Assembly: GCA_046090125.1 (NCBI GenBank)
Contig: JBJSZF010000520.1
Coordinates: 1 to 43,890 of the forward strand
Direction: 5' to 3'
DNA: 43,890 bases
Origin: Verrucomicrobiota bacterium
GTDB lineage: Bacteria; Verrucomicrobiota; Verrucomicrobiia; Limisphaerales; UBA9464
How positions within the stretch are numbered: position 1 is the first letter of the stretch; each line of letters starts with the position of its first letter. Under the pieces are notes generated by a model, which was given only the letters and a program-made list of their open reading frames with translations, did no database searches and was not told the origin of the DNA. Positions 10,101-17,194 of this stretch are shown one piece after another. The translations under genes were made by a program, and so were the position numbers.

Positions 10101-10857
10101 CCGAGGCACCCGGGATCACGTCCCATGAGCCACCGGCCGACTCGCGTTGCCACTCGAAGGACAAGGGCTCGCTGCCGCCCGCAGAGGTCGCCAGCGTCGC
10201 CGTCGTGCCGAGGAAGGCCGTTTGCCCCACGGGTTGCATGGAAAGGAACGGCGGACGAGCCGCCGCGCCGTCGCCCTCGACGGTCACCATGTCGAACCGC
10301 GCCGTGCCATTCGGGCTGTAGGTTCCGGAGATCGGCGCGAACACGCCGCCGTCGGCTGCGGCCACGATCCGGAACCGAAACTGCGGGTTGTTGCTGGCGG
10401 CCGCGACGGCGGACAGGTCGAGCACCAGCCGGTTCGTGAACGCCCCGGCCGTGGCGATCGTCAGGACGGAGCCCTCGGAAAAGGCGACGCCATCGACGCT
10501 GTAGAGGACGGCGATGCGGCGGCTGGACGTGCTGGAGCCGCGGTAGTCGAACAGGACCCGAATGTTGCCATACCCGGCCGTGCTGACGGCCACCTCGATG
10601 CCCGCCTTGCGGTCGCCCTCGGCCGTCGCCGGGTAGCCCGTCGTTTGGAACGCGAAGTTGGGCGTGGCCGTGTCGGAGGAACCCGCTCCCGTCGTGGCGG
10701 CCGGGACCGTGATGCCGCCGATGGGAGACAAGGTCCCCGCCCCGGACGAGGGCAACGCCGGGTTGTTGGTGTTGTTGAAGTTCCACAGGGCGATGGTGTC
10801 GGCCCGGAGGCCCAGCGCGGCCAGCCACGCAAGGGCAAGGATGGAGAGGGCTTTCAT
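7183..10857 (-). CDS. Large secreted multidomain surface protein: two (Ig-like + OB/DUF5689-like) modules flanking a lamin-tail domain (LTD)
   Basis: ORF track 1224 aa, ATG at 10857. Signal peptide MKALSILALAWLAALGLRAD. Ig I-set-like segments (SFEWQRESAGGSW...GRYRVVVRNAHGTVTS and TYQWQRDGTNL...AFRVVVSNRAGSVTS). LTD signature RVVITEYMANPAS...DEYIEVVNLSSEPIDMTGWMVSD...GDAIILRN. Two paralogous ~220-aa modules (LFTVEGVVTTHANLT...LGQFDSSAPFTSGYQFIP and LFEVEAVVTTHVNLT...LGQFDNADPRAGGYQLLV). Confidence 0.85.
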   Translation of the reverse strand: MKALSILALAWLAALGLRADTIALWNFNNTNNPALPSSGAGTLSPIGGITVPAATTGAGSSDTATPNFAFQTTGYPATAEGDRKAGIEVAVSTAGYGNIRVLFDYRGSSTSSRRIAVLYSVDGVAFSEGSVLTIATAGAFTNRLVLDLSAVAAASNNPQFRFRIVAAADGGVFAPISGTYSPNGTARFDMVTVEGDGAAARPPFLSMQPVGQTAFLGTTATLATSAGGSEPLSFEWQRESAGGSWDVIPGASGPVLSLGNVQASDGGRYRVVVRNAHGTVTSDPATLAVVEDPSNRVVTVASLRAAQDPAQGAPLDTTSLFTVEGVVTTHANLTSGTANYLFYLQDDTAGMAVFWAGGQSGGRPLPPAGARVRVKAPVTHFRGLLEMAPVESNPAHVVTVVATNQPLPTPLPLPFTTDAAALEALEGSLVVARDVVIDPVATGGVFTSISAGIAMTDSAGQTFPLYANAGTDLVGKVIPVGTSTVVGVLGQFDSSAPFTSGYQFIPSRFADIASAFKAPSIRFTNVLSRLVRPGDALTNTFPDHALRPGEAIAVRFDVEDPEGRPVTVTLGANVPASGRWDFPVRQGTNVVGFYHFEATSADAGKAHDVEVRADNGSASFTQRVRIYVPTAAEQRVVITEYMANPASTNALPWFNLLKRVEPLPGGTDTSPSNRDEYIEVVNLSSEPIDMTGWMVSDSLLRRAYIYPGSAANMVAPSNAIVVYGGPAFGYAPQLAVPALAAEVGPGDPFSTAGLALNDGGDAIILRNAQSNVVARVVYSQAQTSTNGSMARFPTDADGFAPSRSVAGSHGTPGTQPSGLAWLEPQPSNDQAPAIVAGPLPATVPAGAPATFTVTATGQPAPTYQWQRDGTNLPGAINAAWVVATTTLADDGAAFRVVVSNRAGSVTSAPVLLRVTVPPPEILRTHLAHVRSTVDPVHLRPVDTTQLFEVEAVVTTHVNLTTSANMLFYAQDATAGIGVFVSGRSGAEAPPAGARVRIVGPVSHFNGLLQFNLSASNPKHVVEVLEAGVPLPEPIDLDFAWPAGTSGVTATSPGVAAAEAAEGRRIRARNVLVDGSSGAAFAAGSNVTITDATDPTRTFVLRIDARVLDVVGQSKPTGPVTIDGVLGQFDNADPRAGGYQLLVTRWADMRPLDATPVPVLARATLGAGGLLEVTWPTTPGATYSVWSAPSLTMAFDRLTSGLTTGRLAIEIPAGSAARFFQVTSP

Positions 10858-10914
10858 GCGGGGACAAGAAGGGAGGCGTGATGAAAGAACGGGGGCACCA
10901 TGGAGACGCAGGCG

Positions 10915-11853
10915 TCAGGGCACGTCGCGATTCGGGTTCCAGACCAGGTCTGGCGAGAACCGCTCCTCGCGGCCGGTGCCGCCGTTGGTGACGGACGCCC
11001 GCTTGAAGAACGCGGCATGGCCGTCGATGAACATGATGTTGCCGCCCCCGGACGCCCCGGGCCCGCCATGACGGGCGGCGAAGCGATTGTGCCGGGCAGC
11101 CGGCATGACCCCGATGGCGGCCGTGGAGGTGTCGCCGAAGGCCTCCGTCACCGGGTTCAGGACGGCGTCCAAGAGCATGACCGTCGCGGACGGGGCCCGC
11201 AGGTCGGCGAGGCGGGGCATGCCCGGGTAGGGATGGTCGTTGCCAGCCACGCCGTTGCGCACGGACGTGCGGAGCTTGAGGTCGAGGTTCATGGCGTAGC
11301 TGAAGAACCCGAAGCTCCCGCGTGCCGGCATCGCGGGGATCTCGGAGTCCTTGATCCGCGCGCTGTTGCAATGCCACATCCGGCCCTTTGCCCCGGGGAA
11401 TGGAAGGAATTCCTTGGCCACCTTGCCCTGCGCCTCGGCCCAGTAGTTTGAGAGGGGACGCTCCCCGGCGCCCTTGGGCAGGAGGTTGAACCACGCGAAG
11501 GGGTCATTGGGGCTTCCAGGCCCCGCCGTCCTGCCCGTGAAGGCCCCGTACTGCCCGCCGTCGTCCGTCCCGTCCCGGGGGATGCCGTCGTTGTTGTCCG
11601 ACGCATACACCAGCAGCGCCACGCCCCATTGGCGGAGGTTGCTCAGGCATTGGATGGATTGCGCCCTCGCCTTGGCGCGCGACAACGCCGGCAGAAGCAT
11701 CCCGGCAAGGATCGCGATGATGGCGATGACGACGAGCAACTCAATCAACGTGAAGGCATCGCGCCCCGGCATCGGCCGCGTCCCGTAACCGGTGCGGGCA
11801 GCACGGCGTCCATCAAGCAACATGGCAGCCTGGGCCACGGGGTTTGGTTTCAT
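10915..11853 (-). CDS. Prepilin-type N-terminal cleavage/methylation domain protein (DUF1559 / H-X9-DG-like pseudopilin family)
   Basis: Leader plus methylation motif [49 protein letters not shown]-terminal [12 protein letters not shown] motif. ATG verified at 11853-11851 (MKPNPVAQ...). The track start at 12006 adds 51 non-coding-looking residues. Confidence 0.85.
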   Translation of the reverse strand: MKPNPVAQAAMLLDGRRAARTGYGTRPMPGRDAFTLIELLVVIAIIAILAGMLLPALSRAKARAQSIQCLSNLRQWGVALLVYASDNNDGIPRDGTDDGGQYGAFTGRTAGPGSPNDPFAWFNLLPKGAGERPLSNYWAEAQGKVAKEFLPFPGAKGRMWHCNSARIKDSEIPAMPARGSFGFFSYAMNLDLKLRTSVRNGVAGNDHPYPGMPRLADLRAPSATVMLLDAVLNPVTEAFGDTSTAAIGVMPAARHNRFAARHGGPGASGGGNIMFIDGHAAFFKRASVTNGGTGREERFSPDLVWNPNRDVP

Positions 11854-11968
11854 GCGGCTCCAGCGCGATCGGCAGCGGATGTCCCGGCACAGAGGGATGC
11901 CTCCGCCATCAATCTTGGGTTGCGAGTGGAAGGGACAGCCCGCCAAACATGGCCAGGGCCGGCGGCCC

Positions 11969-12760
11969 TCATCGACGCCGCGAGGCCCATCCCAGAACCA
12001 CGACACCCGCGATGGCCAGCGCCCAGGTGCTGGGCTCCGGGATCACCGTGGTCTGGTGCACGACGGTGAGGTTGTCCACTTGGAGGCCCGAGTAGTTGCC
12101 CGTCGAGGTGGCATTGCCGCCCTGGCGGAGCGCGATGCTGGAGACGCCTGCGATGGCAGCGCCCGCCACGGTGTCTTCCGCCGTGGCCGGCCCCGTCACG
12201 GGGGTGTTCACCCAAAGACGCGAGGTCCCCAACCCAAGGTCGTAGGCCACCGTCACCTGGTGGGGCGCCGTCCGGTCCAGGTTGCCCGAGTAGGACACCG
12301 TCGCCGCGCCGTCGCTGCCATCGTTCTCAATCCCAAGGCGGAACAGGTCCGCGTCCGCCACGGTGGCGGACCCGACAAAGACACGGCCACGGAACCCCGT
12401 GCTGGCGTCCTTGAAGTGCAGGAAGTACGTGCTCACCCCCGTGGCAGCCAAGGTTCCCGAGCTGAAGTCCACGGTGAAAGAAGCGTATAGGGTGCCGGCC
12501 GTGAGGAGGGCCGGGCCCAGGGGGCGATTCACGTCCTCGGCACTGCCCCCGCGCAGCACCGCCGCGCCCGCGCCGTTGACCTGAACGGGATTGGAGTTCG
12601 TCCCGCTGTGGGCGACCCACGTGCCGCCGCTCACGGACGTCAGGCTGCCTGCGGCGTAGGAGAACGACTCGGCCAACAGCGTCGTCTCTTGGGCGAACGC
12701 GTCTGACGAAACGGCTGCCGCGCTGGCAGCGACCACGAGGAGGTGGAGAGCTTTGCTCAT
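11969..12760 (-). CDS. PEP-CTERM sorting-domain secreted protein
   Basis: ATG verified at 12760-12758 ([24 protein letters not shown] signal peptide). The C-terminus [25 protein letters not shown] has the PEP motif, a TM helix and a basic tail. The body is Gly/Thr/Ser-rich and looks beta-sandwich-like. Confidence 0.8.
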   Translation of the reverse strand: MSKALHLLVVAASAAAVSSDAFAQETTLLAESFSYAAGSLTSVSGGTWVAHSGTNSNPVQVNGAGAAVLRGGSAEDVNRPLGPALLTAGTLYASFTVDFSSGTLAATGVSTYFLHFKDASTGFRGRVFVGSATVADADLFRLGIENDGSDGAATVSYSGNLDRTAPHQVTVAYDLGLGTSRLWVNTPVTGPATAEDTVAGAAIAGVSSIALRQGGNATSTGNYSGLQVDNLTVVHQTTVIPEPSTWALAIAGVVVLGWASRRR

Positions 12761-12910
12761 GACAACGGGATCGAACGCCCGAAACCGCCTTTCCGCAACC
12801 CGCGAACCGTTCCGTGGAATGAAACTTTCCGAGGCTTTTCGGCGACGCCCGGACGTTTCGGGCGCGCGCCCCAGGCCCCGGCCACCCACAGCGAAACCAC
12901 GGCCGTGCCG

Positions 12911-14200
12911 CTACCGAGCCTCCGTCGCCAGCGTTCCCCGCGCCATCCGCACCAACCGGCTCCACGCCACCAATCCGGTCGCCACGGCCAGCATCCCGCA
13001 GAGGCAGTACGGCCATGCGGGATGCCGGTCGAACAACAACCCCGCAAACGGGGGGCCAAAGACACGGGCCAAGGCCCCGGCGCTTTGCGCGACGCCCAGC
13101 GTGGCCCCTTGCTCTTCCGCAGGCGTCAGGCGGGACAACAATCCGAACAACGGCGGCCGCGTGAGCCCGCTGCCGACCGCCAAGCCGCCCACGACCACCA
13201 AAAGCAACGTCCAACGCCATCCGGCCGGCTCCAGGAAAACCCCCCACGACAACGGCGCATCCCCGTGCAGGAAGGGCAGAGGCAGCATCGAAAGCCCAAA
13301 CACCACCAGGCTGCCCGCCACCAGGTGCGCCTCGCCCAGCTTCTTCAGCAACCGTCCCACGGGCCCCGCCTGCACCACCGCCCCAATCAGCCCCGCATAG
13401 CAAAACAACACCGCGTTCGTCCGGGCCGCCGCCTGGTCCACCAACCCGAAGTTCCGCTGGATGAGCAGCCCCAGCGTGCTTTCAAAGCAAGTGAACCCAA
13501 ACGTCGCCAGGAAGAACGTCAGGATCAAAAACGCGATCGCCGGCCGCGACAACGTCCGGCTGAGGTGTTCCCAGCGCGTCCGCCGCGCCGCCGTCGAGCT
13601 TCCCGGCCGCCAACTCTCCGGAAGGCGCACGAACGCCGCCACGAAGTTGCCCAGGCACAGGAACGCCGCCATCACGCCCGGGGCCGCCGCCACCCACGGC
13701 CCCGGGGCGTTCATCCACTGGGCCGCCTGCTGCGCCCCCACCGCCAGCGCGGGTCCCACGATGAACCCCAGGCCAAACGCCATTCCAATTAAGCCCATCC
13801 GCCGCGAGCGATCCTCCGGCGGCGTGATGTCCGCGATGTACGCCTGCGCCACCGTGATGTTGGCACCGCAAATGCCCGCCACCACCCGCGACGCCAGCAA
13901 AACCCCCAGCGCCGCCCGGCCTGTCATCGTCGAACCCACCGCGAACGTCGCATACGACAGCATCGCCACGAACGTGCTCGCCAGCAGCACCGGCCGACGT
14001 CCCACGCGGTCCGACAACGCGCCCCATGCCGGCGCGAAGAGGAACTGCATGAGCGAGTAGGACGCCATGATTAGCCCCACCTCCAGTCCGCTGGCACCCA
14101 GGGCACGCGAGTAGTTCGGTAGCAACGGCAGCACGAGCCCGAACCCCACCAGGTCCACGAACACGGTCAGAAAAAGTGTTCCCAAAGACGGCGCACGCAC
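12911..14200 (-). CDS. MFS transporter, TetA/TCR-like drug:H+ antiporter family
   Basis: ORF track 429 aa (GTG start at 14200). N-terminus LFLTVFVDLVGFGLVLPLLPNY...LMQFLFAPAWGALSDRVGRRPVLL matches MFS motif A (GxLSDRxGRR). About 12 hydrophobic segments. Confidence 0.85.
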   Translation of the reverse strand: MRAPSLGTLFLTVFVDLVGFGLVLPLLPNYSRALGASGLEVGLIMASYSLMQFLFAPAWGALSDRVGRRPVLLASTFVAMLSYATFAVGSTMTGRAALGVLLASRVVAGICGANITVAQAYIADITPPEDRSRRMGLIGMAFGLGFIVGPALAVGAQQAAQWMNAPGPWVAAAPGVMAAFLCLGNFVAAFVRLPESWRPGSSTAARRTRWEHLSRTLSRPAIAFLILTFFLATFGFTCFESTLGLLIQRNFGLVDQAAARTNAVLFCYAGLIGAVVQAGPVGRLLKKLGEAHLVAGSLVVFGLSMLPLPFLHGDAPLSWGVFLEPAGWRWTLLLVVVGGLAVGSGLTRPPLFGLLSRLTPAEEQGATLGVAQSAGALARVFGPPFAGLLFDRHPAWPYCLCGMLAVATGLVAWSRLVRMARGTLATEAR

Positions 14201-14457
14201 GTCCCAACGTTGAACCCGCCCCCGGCCGGTAGGGAAGCACGCAGTCCCGCTGTGCCGGACGGGTGACGGGAAAGCTCATCCCGCTTGGCTCGCGCAGCGA
14301 CGCAGGAGCCGCCTTGGGCCCGACCCTCGCGGCTCCGTCGGTCCATGGAGCGGTTGTGGGGCTTCACCCAGGCAACCCCGCCGACTTGCATTCCCAGAAA
14401 TCGACGCTTGCAGGCCAACCTCGCCGCCATAACCTCCAGCCAACTTTCACGAGCATT

Positions 14458-14883
14458 ATGCGCATCGGACTGAAGCAGATCTCCTTCTTGGTTGGCATTG
14501 CAGCCGTCGCCGCTGGCTGCGCCAGCGCCGAGCGCAAGCTCGGTCGCGGCCTCAACAACCTCACTGAACCTCTCCGCCTCGGTGAATTCGGCCGGGCCTA
14601 CGAGCAGGCCTACCTCTGGGACGGCGCGGACGGAGCCACCAGCGTCGGCGTCTTCAAGGGCCTGAATCGCACGATCGGCCGCACCCTCGTGGGAGCCGTT
14701 GAGGTGGCCACGTTCCCCATCCCAACAGACCCCTATTTCAAGCCCACCCATCCCGTCTATCCGGACGTGTACAAGCCAGGGGTGCTCGACTCCGGCTCCA
14801 TCCAGGCGGACACCGCCGTCGGGTTTGACTCCGGGGACGTTGCCCCGTTCCTCCCCGGCAGCCGTTTCAAGATCTTCGAGTGA
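14458..14883 (+). CDS. Small lipoprotein, exosortase system-associated TIGR04073-like
   Basis: ATG at 14458 gives MRIGLKQISFLVGIAAVAAGC (lipobox). The mature part KLGRGLNNLTEPLRLGEF...GLNRTIGRTLVGAVEVATFPIP resembles my recollection of the TIGR04073 family pattern. The upstream 65 codons in the track ORF look non-coding. Confidence 0.65.
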   Translation: MRIGLKQISFLVGIAAVAAGCASAERKLGRGLNNLTEPLRLGEFGRAYEQAYLWDGADGATSVGVFKGLNRTIGRTLVGAVEVATFPIPTDPYFKPTHPVYPDVYKPGVLDSGSIQADTAVGFDSGDVAPFLPGSRFKIFE

Positions 14884-14884
14884 A

Positions 14885-14947
14885 CGTCAGGAACTCGGAT
14901 TCCTGACGACGCGCCAACGCCCCCCCGTTGGCGCGTTTTTGCTTTTT
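14885..14947 (+). terminator. Tandem hairpins; the second is a canonical Rho-independent terminator
   Basis: Hairpin 1: cgtcaggaa(14885-14893)/ttcctgacg(14900-14908). Hairpin 2: gcgccaacg(14911-14919)/cgttggcgc(14926-14934) with a C-rich loop, followed by GTTTTTGCTTTTT (to 14947). Confidence 0.75.
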
Positions 14948-14950
14948 CCC

Positions 14951-15823
14951 ATGCCCCTCGAACGCGTTTCGCCCTGCAAGGTCAACCTGATCCTGAACAT
15001 CCTGGGCCGACGGCCCGATGGCTACCACGACCTGGAAACCGTGTTCCTGCATGTTCCCCTGCATGACACGTTGTCCTTCGATGAGGCCCCCCAAGGCATC
15101 CGGCTCACGTGCAACCGGCCCGACCTGCCTGTGGACGCGTCCAACCTCGTTCATCGTGCCGCGACCCAGTTCCTTGCGGCGGCGGGCATTGCGTCGGGCG
15201 TTACCATCCACCTCGGGAAGCACCTGCCGTTGGCGGCAGGCCTCGGCGGTGGCAGCAGCAATGCGGCCCACACCCTTCTGGGCCTCAACGATCTCTTCGG
15301 ACAACCCCTGACCATCGAAGCCCTTCACCGGATCGCCGCCACCCTCGGATCCGACGTCAACTTCTTCCTCCAAGGCCAGCCTGCCTTGGCCACCGGCCGC
15401 GGCGAACAGATCGAGTCCCTCGCCCCGTTTGGCGTTCTCTCGGGCATGGGAATGCTGCTTTACCACCCGGGCTTCGGCATTTCCACGCCATGGGCCTACC
15501 GGGAACTGGGACGCTTTCCATCCTCGCTGAACGGCACCCCGGGCCGCGCGCGCGTCTTGGCCCAGCAACTCGCCGGCGGCGACCTGCTGGGCGGCATGGC
15601 CTCCCTGTACAACTCGCTGGAGGCCCCCGCCCTCGACAAATACCCGGTCCTCTCCCTTTACCAGGAGTTCCTCCGGGCACGCGGCGCGTTTGGCACGCTC
15701 ATGTCCGGGAGTGGATCAACGACGTTCGCCCTGTTCCCCGACGCCGAAGCCGCGCGTGCGGCCATCGTCCCCTTTGAGTCCCGGTTCGGATCGGCCGGAT
15801 GGCTCCGTGTGGTCACCTTGTAG
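14951..15823 (+). CDS. ispE: 4-diphosphocytidyl-2-C-methyl-D-erythritol kinase
   Basis: ATG at 14951 gives MPLERVSPCKVNLILNILGRRPDGYHDLETVFLHVPLHDTLSF...HLGKHLPLAAGLGGGSSNAA (GHMP kinase motif)...MSGSGSTTFALF. The track ORF start at 14699 overlaps the upstream gene. Confidence 0.9.
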   Translation: MPLERVSPCKVNLILNILGRRPDGYHDLETVFLHVPLHDTLSFDEAPQGIRLTCNRPDLPVDASNLVHRAATQFLAAAGIASGVTIHLGKHLPLAAGLGGGSSNAAHTLLGLNDLFGQPLTIEALHRIAATLGSDVNFFLQGQPALATGRGEQIESLAPFGVLSGMGMLLYHPGFGISTPWAYRELGRFPSSLNGTPGRARVLAQQLAGGDLLGGMASLYNSLEAPALDKYPVLSLYQEFLRARGAFGTLMSGSGSTTFALFPDAEAARAAIVPFESRFGSAGWLRVVTL

Positions 15824-15829
15824 GCCACG

Positions 15830-16252
15830 TCACGACGTTTCCCCCAGCGGCACCACGCGCTTCCATATCGGCACCACCCGCTTCATCTCGTCGATGATCC
15901 ATTGGCAGGCGGCGAAGGCCTCCGACCGGTGGGGGGCCGCCACTTCGACCCACAGCGAAGGCTCCCCGGCGCGCACCCTGCCCAGCCGGTGGTGAATCCG
16001 AACCGATGCAACCGGCCAACGCCGGCCTGCCGCATCCACCAGCAATTCAAACTGCCGCCGCGCCATCCGCTCAAACGACGAGTAATCGAGTCCCCAAATC
16101 GTAACGCCCTCCTCCATGCCGCGCACGATGCCCACGAAATGGACCAACGCGCCATGGTCGGCATCCCCCGTGCGTCCGGATGCGAGCGCCGCGACATCCA
16201 GCGCTGCCTCGCCCAACACCACCTCCGACACAACCCGCCGCTCGCCATGCAT
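15830..16252 (-). CDS. moaE: Molybdopterin synthase catalytic subunit
   Basis: ORF track 140 aa, ATG verified. GALVHFVGIVRG...HHRLGRVRAGEPSLWVEVAAPHRSEAFAACQWIIDEMKRVVPIWK is typical MoaE. Confidence 0.85.
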   Translation of the reverse strand: MHGERRVVSEVVLGEAALDVAALASGRTGDADHGALVHFVGIVRGMEEGVTIWGLDYSSFERMARRQFELLVDAAGRRWPVASVRIHHRLGRVRAGEPSLWVEVAAPHRSEAFAACQWIIDEMKRVVPIWKRVVPLGETS

Positions 16253-16255
16253 GCC

Positions 16256-16501
16256 TCAGCCTCCCTGCACCGGCGGAAACAACGAGACCTCCTCGCCCGG
16301 CGCGAGCACCCGGCCGGGATCCGCGTAATCCACGTCCACGGCCACCAGCGTGGAGCCCCGCAGCCGCCCAAGGTCCGGCCAGCGCCGCCATGCTGCCTCC
16401 AGCACCTCCGCCACCGTTGCCCCCTCCCCCACGTCCACCTCGGCCTCGGCGGCGCCGGCAAGGTCCTGGAAGTACGACCAAAAATGGATGCGGACTCGCA
16501 T
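16256..16501 (-). CDS. moaD: MoaD/ThiS-family sulfur carrier (molybdopterin synthase small subunit)
   Basis: 81 aa ending in ...EVSLFPPVQGG (C-terminal Gly-Gly). Lies 3 nt upstream of moaE. ATG verified at 16501. Confidence 0.8.
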   Translation of the reverse strand: MRVRIHFWSYFQDLAGAAEAEVDVGEGATVAEVLEAAWRRWPDLGRLRGSTLVAVDVDYADPGRVLAPGEEVSLFPPVQGG

Positions 16502-16550
16502 GGATTCGAGGCGTGTGTCGTTCGTGGCACGGAAGCCGGCGCGCCCGCGA

Positions 16551-16931
16551 CTAGATGTGGGCAGAGTCGCCTTGGTCCTTGGTGGCGTATCCGGTGTCCT
16601 GCCGCCGCAGGTTGACCTCGTTCTTCTTCACGTAGGCCTGGAACACGTCGTCGGCAGACATTCCCAGCACCTGCGCCATGCTGACCAGGAAGTGCAGCAA
16701 GTCCACGACCTCCACCCGTGCGTTCTGCTCGTCGAACTTCTGGTATTTCGCCCACCACTTCCAAGGGACCGAGTCCGTCAGCTCGGCCAGCTCCTGGGAC
16801 ATCGCACGGCAGTAGTTGAGGATCCAGCGCGTCTTCTCGGCCTCGTCCATCGCCGACGTGTCCACGCCGATCCTGCGATTGAGCGCGGCCTGCATCCGGA
16901 ACAACTCGCGCCATTGGTCCTGCGTCTCCAT
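16551..16931 (-). CDS. Dimeric all-alpha dUTPase-like / MazG-like nucleotide pyrophosphohydrolase
   Basis: ATG verified at 16931 gives METQDQWRELFRMQAALNRRIG...WILNYCRAMSQELAELTDSVPWKWWAKYQKFDEQNARVEVVDLLHFLVSMAQVLG, which matches the dimeric dUTPase (dUTPase_2) pattern E..E...WKWW....E.vD.lHF. Alternative ATG at 16985. Confidence 0.7.
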   Translation of the reverse strand: METQDQWRELFRMQAALNRRIGVDTSAMDEAEKTRWILNYCRAMSQELAELTDSVPWKWWAKYQKFDEQNARVEVVDLLHFLVSMAQVLGMSADDVFQAYVKKNEVNLRRQDTGYATKDQGDSAHI

Positions 16932-17194
16932 GGGCGGATGCTGCCCGCCCTGCCGTCCCCGCGCGAGCCTCTTGTCCGACGACATCCCCCAGGCCCAAGC
17001 CCCGCCACGCAGCGAACCCTTCGCGGCTCCCGCACGACTGGCTGAACGCCCGCATCTTGCCCCGGTCGAAATCCGCGCAATCAGATCGGTAACCGCATGA
17101 CGCCTCGGATGTAGCGCCCCGTTGACCTCCACGCGTCCAGCTTGCAACCACGCCAGCCAAGGACGTCCGAAGGAGGATCAAAGGAAGGATACAC

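Noticed and set aside
1184-11494. Very long ORFs in the track that overlap the called genes on the opposite strand or in other frames. Examples: 1184..3331(-) 715 aa, 3030..5405(-) 791 aa, 3590..7447(+) 1285 aa, 7054..8403(+), 7274..8902(-), 9818..11494(-). Similar cases occur further right, such as 22507..23382(+), 23850..25493(+), 29100..31010(-), 30920..33361(-), 33138..34721(-), 37159..38874(-) and 41812..43080(+).
   Set aside because: These are GC-driven shadow ORFs. Their translations are Arg/Gly/Pro/Ala/His-rich low-complexity strings with no motifs. The overlapping frames carry unmistakable family signatures (ABC NBD motifs, GH32 motifs and others).
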